From NCBI GenBank assembly GCA_963775685.1, contig CAVZJV010000014.1, positions 96,001 through 160,000 on the forward strand: a DNA stretch of 64,000 bases, given 5' to 3'. This document shows, piece after piece, positions 33,233-44,690 of the stretch (position 1 is the stretch's first letter; every line of letters starts with the position of its first letter). The stretch is from Candidatus Bathyarchaeota archaeon (GTDB taxonomy: Archaea > Thermoproteota > Bathyarchaeia > Bathyarchaeales > Bathycorpusculaceae). The notes beneath the pieces are model-generated. The model saw only the letters and a program-made list of their open reading frames with translations, searched no databases and was not told the DNA's origin. A program made the translations under genes and the position numbers.

Positions 33233-33489
33233 GGCAAATTTGGAATTAATTAATTTTAGAGTCGAACGTTTAAATGAGACTTTAACCAGTTAAATCCTCT
33301 CCATCTAAGCCTTTTACTTTAAACGTCTGAAAGAATAGATTAAGCCGTTTGTGCGTATAATCTCGATACATATAGCTTAAAGTTAATCAAAGAAGATATG
33401 TTGTAACCTAACGTATAATTTATTAATCAAAAAAAATTTTTTGTTAAAAAGAAGTTAAACAATTAGGCGTTTCAAACCTAATCATTTTA

Positions 33490-34041
33490 TTACAGGTTGT
33501 AGGCGTTAACATTCGTCTCTTTATAGTACATGGCTTGTGACGTGAAGACTGCGAACCCAACTGTAAGACCGATATCATTGATTGTAATACTATCTGGCGA
33601 AGAGATAAATACGATCATTGTACCGCCGGATGATAATACCAAGTTTGTTCCAGCTGCTGTGGCTGTAGCATTAAATCCAAGGTCTGAGCCCTCTGCAAGA
33701 GAGCTTACGTATGTCAAGTCATTAGTTATGCTATCATCTGCTCCTGCTACTGAATAGAACACGTTCCCCCAGGGTATTGTTTGCCCGCGAATAGTTATTT
33801 TACTGATGACCACATCGCGTCCACCGACGTCAGTTATCATTATTGCTCCTTGAACGGTTGCATCGGAAGCTACCCATATGTGTTGGCTTGTCAGTGAAAG
33901 GCTTTCTTCTTGTATTCTTGTGCTTGTAACGTTAATTGCAAAATAAGTTACAACACTTGCAAGAAGTACCGAAACAACGAGGATGATCAGCGTAGTAACT
34001 ACTGTACTTAGAGCCCATCGATTTCTTAGTAAGTTTTTCAT
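33490..34041 (-). CDS. Archaeal type IV (major) pilin
   Basis: MKNLLRNRWA|LSTVVTTLIILVVSVLLASVV class III signal; QEESLSLT; ITDVGGRDVVISKITIRG; GGAG RBS. Confidence 0.85.
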   Translation of the reverse strand: MKNLLRNRWALSTVVTTLIILVVSVLLASVVTYFAINVTSTRIQEESLSLTSQHIWVASDATVQGAIMITDVGGRDVVISKITIRGQTIPWGNVFYSVAGADDSITNDLTYVSSLAEGSDLGFNATATAAGTNLVLSSGGTMIVFISSPDSITINDIGLTVGFAVFTSQAMYYKETNVNAYNL

Positions 34042-34586
34042 TCTTTTGTTTTCAACTCCTTATGAAAATTCCTTACACACTTTAAGGTAAAGAAATCTTG
34101 TGCATAAAAAAAATTACATACACGAAAGCGGAGCAAGTTTCTCCCAATGATAAGCAAATCCACAATTATGTTTAATTTGTTTCTCTAAATAATCCTTAAG
34201 AAAATAGCTTCATACGAGACATTTCTAACTCCAATTTTTTTCACGTTTCTATGCTCTTCGTTGTCTCGGCGTGACATTCGAAAAGCTTTCCTCTTTTTGC
34301 TCGAAAGAAAAAAAGTTGATGTTTGACCATAAATCTCTGTTTAGCAAGTCAAACAATTTTGGATAAAACTCCATTGCAGCCAACAATTCTGCCTCTAAGA
34401 GTTTGCCGCAAATAATGCATATGAAGATCCCGTTGTAGATTTTAGGGATTTTATAAACATTTTGGTTCAACCGATAAATCATATGTTTAATATTTTTATT
34501 TTAATCTGCTTAAGAAGAATTGCGTTGTTTAGCCCTATGTGTAGTAAAGCAAATTGTGAATAACACTATATTAGCTTAAGAACAGA

Positions 34587-37500
34587 TTATTTAATTTTAG
34601 CGATTTGATAGTTTTCTCTTCCGTTCTTATTCAGTTTCGGAATGGTTATGGTGAATTTGGCGCCTTTGTTTCGTTCTCCTACTTCAGTTATGGTCCAACC
34701 GTAAATGTCTATCATTTTTTTAATAAGGAATAGTCCAAAGCCTGTGCTGCCACCTGTGCTGAAGCCTTCTTTGAAGAGGTTTGTTTTGTTTTCTGAAGGT
34801 ATACCTACGCCATTGTCTTCATAAATTAACGTTAAATTATTCTCATCAACATTGTGGTAGTATACTTTTATGGTGGTGGTTTTTTGGCCATATTTTTTTG
34901 TGTTGTCGATGAAGTTGTAGAAGAGTTGTCTTAGAAATGAATCAGCTAACACTGTTAGTCCATGACAATCATTAATTATTTTTGGAATAGATTCAGAAAA
35001 GAGAGCAACCGTTTCATTGAGTTTAGTTTCCACATCAATATAAGTTAGCTCTTCCATGCCTATTTGTTCATATATTTTGGCAAAATCAAAAATCTTTATC
35101 GAATCTTTAACCGCTTCTTCCATCTTGCTAAGCCCATCGATTATATCTGTTTGGTTGCGGTGTTTTTTCTTTAATAAATATGCATATCCGGTTACTGTTG
35201 ATAGTTTGTTGCGTACATCATGTCTTGTTAAGCTGCCAACCACACGCAGCTTCTCATTCATCATTCCGAGTTTGTCTCGGTTATCTTTCAAGCTTACTTC
35301 TATCTTCTTGCGTTCAGTTATGTCTGCAACCAATGCAAGTGTCCCGATGTAGTTGCCAGTGTCATCCTGAATGGATGAAGCTGTAATATTTCCGTACATG
35401 TGGTCACCATCTTTTTTAATAAACTCAAACTCGCATTGCCCCTGGTTGCCTAGTTTGCATTCTTCCAAATTGTGTTCCGCAATATTAGAGCTAGGTTCAT
35501 ACAAAAAAGTAACTAAATTCTTTCCGATCATTTCACTTTCATTGTATCCCAACATCTTTGCCATGCGGGGATTAACATAGACAGTACGACTGCTGTTATC
35601 TAGTGCCCAAACACCTTCTTGCGCAAGTTCAACCAACTGACGATACTTCGTCTCGCTTTCCATCAAGGCGTTCTCTATTTTCTTGGCTTCCGTTACATCT
35701 AGATAAATGCTGTGGATGAATTTTTTCCCAGACAATTCAATCACCTGAGAAGTAGCTACGACATCTCTAATCTCACCGTTTTTGGTTCGGTGTTTGGTTT
35801 CAAATTCAACTTTGCCTTCCCGCAGTATCTTTTCTATTCTTTCTTTCATTTCATCTGGAGTATCAACTGCCTTAAAATCGAATATACATAGTTTTGCGAA
35901 CTCTTCTCTAGAGTACCCTAATTGTTGATGGGCTTCCTCATTGAACTCAACTGGTACGGCAGTTTCAGGGTCGATAATCAGAATCCCTACTGGCGCCTGA
36001 TCAAACAATGCCCGATACCTCTTTTCAGCTTCCAGCATCCTTGTTTCCATTTGTTTTCTTTCTGTGATGTCTCTGGTAACATGAATTATGACAATTTTTC
36101 CTTCGGGGTTTTTGACAAAACGTGCTGAGACTTCAACAATGAGTTGATTATTATTTTTATCAAAGTGTTTGTGTTCAACTGTTATGATTTCTTTGGTTTC
36201 AAGTGCTATCCGAATTGGGCAGAGGTGTTCTGGGGAATTGCAGGGTATCAATGAGTGGTGGGTTGTTTCGTAACATGTCTTTCCAATTAGTTCTTCTTTT
36301 TTGAGATTTAATTGTTTCAACGCTACTTCATTTATGGTAATTATTTTGTAGTCGTCGGGGTCGATTACTAATAGAGCATCATCAAGCGAATCAATTATTC
36401 TTTCGTCGAATTCTTTTAGTTTCGTCAGTTTTTCTTCAGCTTCTTTGCGTTCAGTAATATCCTCAAACACGGCTACAAAATAGCCTTTTCTTGGGCAATA
36501 AACTGAAATTGATAGCCACAAGTTTAGAGGTTTAAGGAATACATCAAACTTTTCTCTTTGACCCGTGAAAGCGACTCTGCCGTAGATTTCAAAAAGTTGA
36601 GGATTGGCTTCTTTAATTCCAGGTATTGCCTCTGTTACGTTCTTTCCAATAATTAAGTCTCTCTTTAAGCCTGTTATTTTTTCAAATGCCTGATTTATTT
36701 GCAGATAAACAAAGTCAACAGGTTTTCCTGTCGCGTCGAATTTCATTTGGCAATATGCAAAGCCATTAAGCATGTTATCGAAAAGAGAACTGAATTCTTC
36801 CTCACTTTTCTTTAATGCTTCTTCAACTTTCTTTTGTTTAGTAATGTCTTTTGCTACATGTACGCATTGAATAAGGTCCCCTTGTTCGTCGAGAATCGGT
36901 GAAGTGGTAATAAGTAACGGCAGACCTATGTTTGGGTCGTTAATTTCCACTGTGGTGGTTTGTTTGGTTTCAAAAGTCTTTTCAGCGGGACAATTCTGCC
37001 AGGGGTTATTGGTTCTATGCACAACATCATAACAGTGTTTACCAATCAAGTCCTCTGGTTTTTTCTTTAAGACATCACAAGTACTCTTGTTAACTCTAGT
37101 AATGTTTCTGTTTTTGTCCATGACAAATATCAGATCACCGATGTCATCCAAAATCTTGGTACCTTCATAGACTTCTTTATTTTTTTCTTCCTCTATTTTT
37201 TTATTTTTGGTGATATCTTTGCTTATGTGGATTATTTGAACTATTTTTCCATCTTTGTCTTTCACAGGGTGAACTGCAACTTCGACATCTATCGGCTTAT
37301 TGTTCTTGTCAAAATGCCGGTGAACCATTACGGAAGGTTTGCCCGCATTTATCGCTTCCTCCATTGGACAAGCATTATGAGGCGAGGCGCAAGGCGTTAA
37401 CCTATGATGTGTCGCTTCATAACAGGTCTTGCCGATCAACTCTTCTTTTACTGATTTCAGTTGTTCCAAAGCAACTTTGTTTGCGTCTATTATTTTGTAA

Positions 37501-37949
37501 TCAATTGGATCAATTACTATGATCTCGTCGTTAATTGAATCAATTACTCTTTCGCCGAATTCTTTCAAAAACACTATTTTCGACTTAGATCTTTTTTGTT
37601 CTACTGTTACATTTATCGCCTGCGCCAGTTCAAAATACACGGTTTCTGGTTTGCCATTCTTGCTGACATAGCGGTCAGCTCCCAAATTCAACGCTTCAAC
37701 GACAACTTCTTCTCTGCCTTTTCCAGTGAACAAAATAAAAGGAATATCGTTTTTCTGTTCTCTGAGTTCCTGAAGAAATTGTAACCCATTTTTTAGAGGC
37801 ATTTCATAGTCAGAAATAATAACGTCAAAATTGCCTGTTTTTAGCTTCTCAGAAGCTTCATCTACGCTTTTAGCCTGACATATTTCAAAGCCTCCAAAGT
37901 CAATTAGGATTAGTTTTGAGATTTCCAAAGTAGATGGGTCATCATCCAC
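34587..37949 (-). CDS. REC-PAS(x6)-histidine kinase; true start probably further upstream (about 38046, frameshifted)
   Basis: VDDD...DVIISDYEMP...FTGKG REC domain; repeated DITxxK PAC ends; HDVRN H-box; FYNFIDN, DNGVGI, FKEGFSTGG, TGFGL. Confidence 0.93.
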   Translation of the reverse strand: MDDDPSTLEISKLILIDFGGFEICQAKSVDEASEKLKTGNFDVIISDYEMPLKNGLQFLQELREQKNDIPFILFTGKGREEVVVEALNLGADRYVSKNGKPETVYFELAQAINVTVEQKRSKSKIVFLKEFGERVIDSINDEIIVIDPIDYKIIDANKVALEQLKSVKEELIGKTCYEATHHRLTPCASPHNACPMEEAINAGKPSVMVHRHFDKNNKPIDVEVAVHPVKDKDGKIVQIIHISKDITKNKKIEEEKNKEVYEGTKILDDIGDLIFVMDKNRNITRVNKSTCDVLKKKPEDLIGKHCYDVVHRTNNPWQNCPAEKTFETKQTTTVEINDPNIGLPLLITTSPILDEQGDLIQCVHVAKDITKQKKVEEALKKSEEEFSSLFDNMLNGFAYCQMKFDATGKPVDFVYLQINQAFEKITGLKRDLIIGKNVTEAIPGIKEANPQLFEIYGRVAFTGQREKFDVFLKPLNLWLSISVYCPRKGYFVAVFEDITERKEAEEKLTKLKEFDERIIDSLDDALLVIDPDDYKIITINEVALKQLNLKKEELIGKTCYETTHHSLIPCNSPEHLCPIRIALETKEIITVEHKHFDKNNNQLIVEVSARFVKNPEGKIVIIHVTRDITERKQMETRMLEAEKRYRALFDQAPVGILIIDPETAVPVEFNEEAHQQLGYSREEFAKLCIFDFKAVDTPDEMKERIEKILREGKVEFETKHRTKNGEIRDVVATSQVIELSGKKFIHSIYLDVTEAKKIENALMESETKYRQLVELAQEGVWALDNSSRTVYVNPRMAKMLGYNESEMIGKNLVTFLYEPSSNIAEHNLEECKLGNQGQCEFEFIKKDGDHMYGNITASSIQDDTGNYIGTLALVADITERKKIEVSLKDNRDKLGMMNEKLRVVGSLTRHDVRNKLSTVTGYAYLLKKKHRNQTDIIDGLSKMEEAVKDSIKIFDFAKIYEQIGMEELTYIDVETKLNETVALFSESIPKIINDCHGLTVLADSFLRQLFYNFIDNTKKYGQKTTTIKVYYHNVDENNLTLIYEDNGVGIPSENKTNLFKEGFSTGGSTGFGLFLIKKMIDIYGWTITEVGERNKGAKFTITIPKLNKNGRENYQIAKIK

Positions 37950-39162
37950 ATGCAGAAAATTGATTACCCTATTTTTATCTGAGGGTGCTAAGTTGGTAAT
38001 GTCTAATTTGATTACAATATCTTGATTTAGCGTTTGTATTAGCCATTCCTCAGCTAATAACTAATAAGAACTAATAAATCGGTTATGAATCATGAATATT
38101 TAGTATAAGCCAACAAAATGTGTTAGCTTTTGTCTTGATAAATAAACCCTTTGACTGACATGGTTACAACTATTACAACTTTAGTTTTTGTTGAAACCGT
38201 CTTGTACAATATACCTAGCTCCCCAATTGGGACTTTGGTTGGATTATGTTGTTCCGTCGGGCAGGTTTTGTTTCATTATAAAGATCACCGACGAAATAAG
38301 CAGTCTTCTTGCAATTTGTTAGCTGCACTAAGGTTTTTCCAGAGTTTTCCCTCTTCTTATTAAGTTCCATATTGTTTTGGTTTTTCATTCTTGAAGCATT
38401 GCTTTGATGTTCGTGGATTGCTTTTTCAATTATGAATATTCTATGTTAAACACTTGTTTTTTCTAGATGCAAAGTTAATGGAATACTGCTTTTCGTGTTG
38501 ATCTACAGGAAAATCCTCTAAATCTAAATGTTAAACGTCTGTTTATAAAAAATCGCTTTGATATAGGAATGAGAGAAGTGCGCGATTTCGGCTGTCTCTC
38601 TGCTCGGCAAATCTGTTTAACTTGAACTTTTTTGTGTAATCAACTCTAACAACTATGTCTTCAGTTTTGGTCAATTTCTAATTCGCAGTGATTAAAGCGT
38701 AGTGTTACTAAATGAGCGTTAAAAAGTTCGTTAGGGAACAGAGTAACTTGTTACGCTTGTAGCTTTAAGAAGATTTGAGTATCAGAGTAATGTTGAATTT
38801 GATTGTTTGTCATCAAAGAAACCTTCTTTCGGATTGCAGCTTTGGAGGGGCTTTGAAGTGTTTATCAATTAGTTGGTCGGGTTATTCTAATAAAATTTAG
38901 CCATTTCATAAAGTTGTTCGACGTAGTTTTCTGTTGGTCTTACTGTGACCTTGACTAAGATACTCTTTGACATTTTTTGTTCAACCGTCAGTTTCATCTT
39001 CTATTTGGCGGGGTGCTCCCTTTACAGGTTTTTGGGAAAAAGTATGTGCCTTTCGTTTACGGATATTTGGGTTTTTGGATATACTCTATATAGGGTGTCC
39101 TTAGATACGTCTTAAGATTTAGTTCCGTAGTTCTGCTCGCTCATTTAACAAAAATTAAAATT

Positions 39163-39543
39163 CTACTTTTTGTCTTGGGTAGACTCAAAACTTTGGCGGG
39201 AGAGGTGCGCGTACTCTGTAAGTGTCATTTCTGGAACAGTCCATTTTGACAAGGATCGTTCATTGATCTGTAATTTGAGTTTTACTTCAAGTTTACTATG
39301 GACTTTTTTAATCAGCAATATCTCAAGATGTCGGGAACCCTGACCAAAAATTCGAACCAATGCATTTGAAAAATCATTCAGTCTGGCGGGTATTTGCTGT
39401 TTTCTAATGTTAAAGCGTGTTTCAAGGTTAATATAAATTGAAGCTTTTCCAGCTTCGCCTAGGCTTGCTAATCCTTCATCTATCGCTTCTATTAGAAGTT
39501 GATCAAAATTCTCAAACTGATTCATTTTGCCTCTTCTTTTCAC
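39163..39543 (-). CDS. Hypothetical protein, DUF3227/NitrOD5-like signalling output domain
   Basis: AIDEGLASLGE...IYINLE...IP...FSNALVRIFGQGSRHLEILLIKK pattern; lies near the kinase. Confidence 0.6.
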   Translation of the reverse strand: MKRRGKMNQFENFDQLLIEAIDEGLASLGEAGKASIYINLETRFNIRKQQIPARLNDFSNALVRIFGQGSRHLEILLIKKVHSKLEVKLKLQINERSLSKWTVPEMTLTEYAHLSRQSFESTQDKK

Positions 39544-39899
39544 ATGTACAATTTTTAAACAACGGTATTTTCACCCTGAATGGGTGCTAAAACAAAATGA
39601 TAAGGGGCATACTAAAGCGTTATGAACTATTAGTAATGATCGGAAAAAGGATTAGATATTACCCTACAAAGTCCCAATGCATGCCTTGGATGTTTTCTAT
39701 TCCGCGTCGTTAACAATAAGGCCTTAATGGGTAAACATTAAGTTCTGATTTTTTAGTTTTGAGATAATTCTTCCTTTTTCAATGAAAGTAGTTTAACTTA
39801 GAGATTTGAAGTATATGTTGTGAGTATGGATTTTGTTTTCATAACTAATATGGTTAAGTTCAATGAATTTAAGTTTAGTCGCCACAAGATGAACAAGAC

Positions 39900-41531
39900 A
39901 TGCGAACAATAAAGAATCTCTGCTTAAAACTGTCAATAATTATTGTCATCTTAGTGTTAATTGTTAGTTGCTTTTTCATCCTTCCTATCTTGGCTTTGGA
40001 ATTGACAACTACTTCTGAATACAGTCGATACGTACATACTTATGTTGACTCTGACAATGGAAATTATACAATGGTTGAAAAACCAATCTTTCCGGTGATG
40101 ATAAACAATTCACAGATTCCAATTGGTGGAAACTGGACTATAATCTGCCCACTTCAGGCGGGACATAACTATCATGTTTATTGCTATGGCAACTGGGTGA
40201 ACATATCCTCAGCAGCGAAAACCGACTATGACATTTACGTATACGACAATGCTGGAACACTTGAGAGCTCACATACCGAAGCTGCAGGTTTTCCAGAACA
40301 CTTAGGTACAACAGCTCATGACGCCTTGTTTACTCCTGCCAAGTCGGGAACCTATTCGTTTGTGATAAAGAATGATGCTCGAGAGAGTCAGGGTGAACAG
40401 CAAGCTACTTTCATGGTTATTGAGAACTTAGAAACTGATAACTGGTATATCTGTTCAGTCGAAGGCAAAGATGCTAACGACCAACCAAGCTTCCGCACAG
40501 TTTGGTCGTATGAGTTTGTATCAAATGAGTCAAAAGTTGAATTATATGTCAAAGTTCCACAAACCCTAGATATGTATGAGGCGAGGCTTTACCTGATGAA
40601 TAACGCACAGTCTCCAAGTATAAACTCTTTTCCTTTACCTTGGGAAGCTGGATTATATGGGAACTTAAGTAGTTCTGTAGGAGGATACAACTTTGAGAGC
40701 GAAGCATATCGCGGCGTAGCTTATACAAGTTGTGAATACATGGGGCAATCCATGTTTCTGGATTACACTTCGCAAAACAATGGGACCAACCTCTACCATC
40801 TGGTGCTTATTGGAGAGGAAGGGGCAGGTGACATAAAGTTTATGTTCAAAACACAGTTTGATAACGCTTCTTTGACACCTTTAGCTATTCCTTCAAGAGT
40901 TTGCCCCGACACACCAGCGAAAATATCCTATGATTGCAACAGTGCTAATTTAGAAAATGCTCAACTCTCCTACACAACCAACAATTGGACCAGCTTTACA
41001 ACCATTGATATGTCAATAACTAACAAAACATGTAACGCCACGTTTCCGGGCCAAATAGCAGGCTCAACAGTGGAGTACAAAATATGCGCAAACGACGTTT
41101 TAAAGAACATCATAACAGCGACAGGCAACTACACAGTAAAGGAACAATTGAGCCTATTCATCGAAGGCGTTAAAGCCAACATAACTCTAGGTCAAAACAT
41201 TACTATCACTGGAAGCCTGACCCCGAATGGTGAAAACTCGATAGTTATAGTACAATTTCTAAGCAGCAACACCACCGAATCCGTAGCTTGTCCAATAAAT
41301 CAGAATGGGACTTTTACAGCAAGCCTTCAACCGGAAACCACTGGAACATGGGCTATCATGGCTACTTCTCTTGAAACCCCTACTACTTGGAGATGCGATA
41401 GCGGACAGTTGTTGGTATCAGTAAATGAACCTCCAATTTATGTAAAATATTCCCTCTACATTATCATTGGTATAGTTGTAATGTGCGCGGTTGGTGGGGC
41501 AGTTTGGTTTTTAAAGTTCAGAGAAAAATAA
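39900..41531 (+). CDS. Secreted multi-domain (Ig/PPC-like) surface protein with a C-terminal TM anchor
   Basis: Signal peptide; TDYDIYVYD PPC-like motif; GQIAGSTVEYKI; C-terminal TM followed by KFREK. Confidence 0.75.
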   Translation: MRTIKNLCLKLSIIIVILVLIVSCFFILPILALELTTTSEYSRYVHTYVDSDNGNYTMVEKPIFPVMINNSQIPIGGNWTIICPLQAGHNYHVYCYGNWVNISSAAKTDYDIYVYDNAGTLESSHTEAAGFPEHLGTTAHDALFTPAKSGTYSFVIKNDARESQGEQQATFMVIENLETDNWYICSVEGKDANDQPSFRTVWSYEFVSNESKVELYVKVPQTLDMYEARLYLMNNAQSPSINSFPLPWEAGLYGNLSSSVGGYNFESEAYRGVAYTSCEYMGQSMFLDYTSQNNGTNLYHLVLIGEEGAGDIKFMFKTQFDNASLTPLAIPSRVCPDTPAKISYDCNSANLENAQLSYTTNNWTSFTTIDMSITNKTCNATFPGQIAGSTVEYKICANDVLKNIITATGNYTVKEQLSLFIEGVKANITLGQNITITGSLTPNGENSIVIVQFLSSNTTESVACPINQNGTFTASLQPETTGTWAIMATSLETPTTWRCDSGQLLVSVNEPPIYVKYSLYIIIGIVVMCAVGGAVWFLKFREK

Positions 41532-42213
41532 ATTACCGGTCTAATGCAACGCGTTTTTTGGGGTATATGCTTAGAGTTGTTTCAGAAGATACTACGAGAC
41601 ATTGGTTAAATCAGCCCACACGGATTAGGCAAATCAAAAAAAAGTGGAGGTTTAACGATTTTCTGTATATTTTTATTCCACTTAATTTTTTTACAGGTCA
41701 AGTCTGAGCCTTATTGTTGTTTACGGCCCACCTGAGCGATGTCTTGATTGCTACAGATTCTTTGCGCCGTTTTGAACCTGCAGCTCAAAGCTGCGGTGCT
41801 CCAACACAATGCATGTTCAGCCCAATGAGGCGAAGTCTTAATCACGTACTAATTTTCTGCTGTTTCAATAAGCACGTATCTTTGCCTCAGTGCATTGCAT
41901 CTAAAGCTTGCTCCTTGACCTGCATAAATCATTAAGGATATGCTTCATTATAAATTTTGCGACTTTTACGGTGCAAAAACAGTCAACATTGTATCATTTG
42001 TAACAAACCATGGATTCTATTACAGTGACCTCTTTTGGTGAAACAACGACAACTAATGATTAGGCGTCGCTGACGTATCCACTGGGTACTCCAAAATGCA
42101 AAACAGAAGCAAAAACCTTACTTTCTTTTTCATATTTTTTGGAAATAAATCTGACTTTAACGGTTAAGTTAATACGCCAATTATGCCTAAGACACTTCTA
42201 GTGACTTAAACAG

Positions 42214-42396
42214 GTGGCAGAGGCTAAAAAAAGCGAACCCATAAGTAACTTGCCCAAAGAGGTCAGATTGCCCTGTGGATGCATTTATCAAGAAAGCAGC
42301 TGGATGCTAACACGAGTCAACGAATGCGAATACCATAAACGCAAAAGAACCGCAAAACGCCCCTACAGGCCTAAAGCAGAATGCGTAAGACCTTAA
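42214..42396 (+). CDS. Small basic Cys/His protein (putative Zn-binding)
   Basis: LPCGC...ECEYH motif. Confidence 0.5.
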   Translation: MAEAKKSEPISNLPKEVRLPCGCIYQESSWMLTRVNECEYHKRKRTAKRPYRPKAECVRP

Positions 42397-42522
42397 AAAG
42401 AACACGCTAATGTTCAATTTTTCACGCTTAGAGATAAAGAAGTAAAATTAATTTAAGAAAAAAATTATTCACTAACCAACATAAAAGCATCAAATATTAT
42501 TCAGTATTTTGAGGAAAATCAA

Positions 42523-43020
42523 TTGGTTATGGATGCTAAGAATGAAAGTTTGGAAGAATCAATCTTCAAAACATTAAGTAACCAAAAAAGAAGAGACATC
42601 TTGCGCTTCATCGGCGAAAACAAACAAGCAACGTTTACCGAAATTAAAAGAACCGTCGAAATTGAAGACAGTTCTTCAGTATCATACCATCTTAATAACC
42701 TACAATGCCTTATCGCTCAAAAAGACGAGAAATATAGTCTATCAGATCTTGGTCAAGAAGCCTACAACCTCATCGTTAAAACAAATGCCTATACTCAAAC
42801 AAGCATCGTGGTGAGCATTTTACGCAAACAATTATCTCTGTTGATTATTGCTAACGCGATTCTTTGGGTGATTGCACTCTTTGCCACAAACCAGTTTGAA
42901 GGCCTTCTCAGCCACAATATTACATTCACGTTTGTCGCATTATGGTTAACCAGCAATGCTTTGATTTATACAATTTTGAAGGGAACAAGCAAGGAAAAGC
43001 ACTGCTCTACTAAACTTTGA
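42523..43020 (+). CDS. ArsR-like winged-helix regulator with two C-terminal TM helices
   Basis: IFKTLSNQKRRDILRFI...SVSYHLNNL...YSLSDLG; hydrophobic C-terminus. Confidence 0.85.
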   Translation: MVMDAKNESLEESIFKTLSNQKRRDILRFIGENKQATFTEIKRTVEIEDSSSVSYHLNNLQCLIAQKDEKYSLSDLGQEAYNLIVKTNAYTQTSIVVSILRKQLSLLIIANAILWVIALFATNQFEGLLSHNITFTFVALWLTSNALIYTILKGTSKEKHCSTKL

Positions 43021-43112
43021 TAATATGCGAATTGTAGGTTTTTTCGGCTTGGAGGTTTTTTAGAGAGGTTTTCCACAATCCATTTAACCCTCAAACCACT
43101 TCCCTAACCAAC

Positions 43113-44228
43113 ATGACCCTTCCTCAATCCGCCCGTGCACCGAAGACTCAAAGTTCAACAAAAAGAATTCTACGAATTTTCCTTCAAGTTGTGGTCATGG
43201 TTGCCATCTTTACCGTTTTAATTTGGTATATAGGCGTAGAGTCTCTTTATAATGCCTTGCTCACCATTAAAGTAGAATATTTGGCTCTTGCTTTTTTGAT
43301 GTATTTTGCAATAAATGTATTCTTTACGATAAGACTTAGAAGAGTTCTAAGTAAAGGGGGAGTAAGAACAAGTTTTGGCAAGACTCTTCTTGCTCAGTAC
43401 GCTGGAATGCTAACGAGCGACGTAACCCCTGGACGCTCAGGTTACATACTGACGCCCGTTTATCTACGCGACCAAAATGTACCCGCATCAAAGGGGCTCT
43501 CAAGCATCTTAGGTATACAAACGATTGAATTTCTGGTTAAAGTTATCGGCGGAGTTGGCGCGGCTATATTCCTGGTTAAGATGGTTCCAGCTGGCAATTG
43601 GCCATCAGCAACATTTTTGGGAATTAATGTTGCTTTTTTCGTGATAGGTCTTGGTATTGCTCTTATGCTAACCGGTGCTCTTTTGCTAGCTGCTTTTTCA
43701 TGGTCAGAGCGAGCTATATCCCTTTTTGACCGCTTAGCCAATTCCAGATTCTTAAAAAGATTCACTGGGGGAATAATGGGCAAACTTGAAGAATACAAAG
43801 ATAGTTCCCAAAAAACACGTTCAGCAATCCCAGAAATCTTCGGATTAACCATGATATGCTGGGTTTTAAAGGGTTTCGAATGGTACTTCTTAGGCATGGC
43901 CTTAGGAATAACGCTTAGTAGCAATTTCGCAATAGCGTGGCTAGGTTTCTTCCTAATTCACCCACTAGTAACTGCATTGGCGTTTGTTCCGATCACTCCT
44001 GCAGGAGCTGGTGTTCAAGAATTCGGAATTGTTGGGATTTTGACCTTGCTATTTGTCAATCCGACCACCGCTACATTGGGCGCTATCGGAGCATTTGCAA
44101 TCCTAGCTCGAGGCTTACTTATTGTTGAAGACCTCGCGGGAGTGCCTCAAATTGTGAAGTCAACGAGCCTAATTTTTTCACGGAAAAAACCTGGGTTAAC
44201 AAGCGTTTTGCCACCTGATTCGATTTAA
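43113..44228 (+). CDS. Lysylphosphatidylglycerol synthase TM-domain / flippase-like membrane protein
   Basis: Multi-TM; DVTPGRSG, FVPITPAGAGVQE, ILARG. Confidence 0.85.
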   Translation: MTLPQSARAPKTQSSTKRILRIFLQVVVMVAIFTVLIWYIGVESLYNALLTIKVEYLALAFLMYFAINVFFTIRLRRVLSKGGVRTSFGKTLLAQYAGMLTSDVTPGRSGYILTPVYLRDQNVPASKGLSSILGIQTIEFLVKVIGGVGAAIFLVKMVPAGNWPSATFLGINVAFFVIGLGIALMLTGALLLAAFSWSERAISLFDRLANSRFLKRFTGGIMGKLEEYKDSSQKTRSAIPEIFGLTMICWVLKGFEWYFLGMALGITLSSNFAIAWLGFFLIHPLVTALAFVPITPAGAGVQEFGIVGILTLLFVNPTTATLGAIGAFAILARGLLIVEDLAGVPQIVKSTSLIFSRKKPGLTSVLPPDSI

Positions 44229-44453
44229 GTTTGTTTCTGACCAGTGCGAGGGATACTGTCTGATTTTTGTAATTTTGATATAGCGGTTGGATATTTATGA
44301 TGATTTTGTTTTTTTTTTTTTTGGTGTTTTGATGTATTTTGGTTACAGTTTCCAATCAATATTAGTAATGTTTATTAAGAGTTACGATACGCTATACAGC
44401 TTGCGTTGCACATATGCAATGAAACGATCGAATGAACTGAAGAAGGATAGAAT

Positions 44454-44690
44454 ATGAAAAAAAAAGAAATGAATCTGTCCGAACCTTATTATTACATAGC
44501 ACTAGTTTTGAAGGGCAGCGAAAAACAGTATTTAGATTTGTTAAAATACGTCGGAAGCCGCAATGGTGCAAAAATGATTTATCAGTGTAAATCTCTGACA
44601 TATTTACGTGTAATTCGTGATGACGGAGTAAAAATTAAAGTTGCGGAGCCGTTTTTGTTTGATGCTGAACAGAGGGGCGAAATCCCATGA
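44454..44690 (+). CDS. Hypothetical protein, translationally coupled to the pilin
   Basis: 78 aa; ATGA overlap with the next gene. Confidence 0.6.
   Translation: MKKKEMNLSEPYYYIALVLKGSEKQYLDLLKYVGSRNGAKMIYQCKSLTYLRVIRDDGVKIKVAEPFLFDAEQRGEIP

Noticed and set aside
28898-34041. Archaellum operon
   Set aside because: No FlaH, FlaF or FlaG homologues and no archaellin-type N-terminus; the gene set fits a pilus.
38100-39150. Long low-coding gaps (also 41550-42200 and 61550-62340) as arrays or RNA genes
   Set aside because: No repeats or convincing stems found by eye, only short broken ORFs; cannot support a call.
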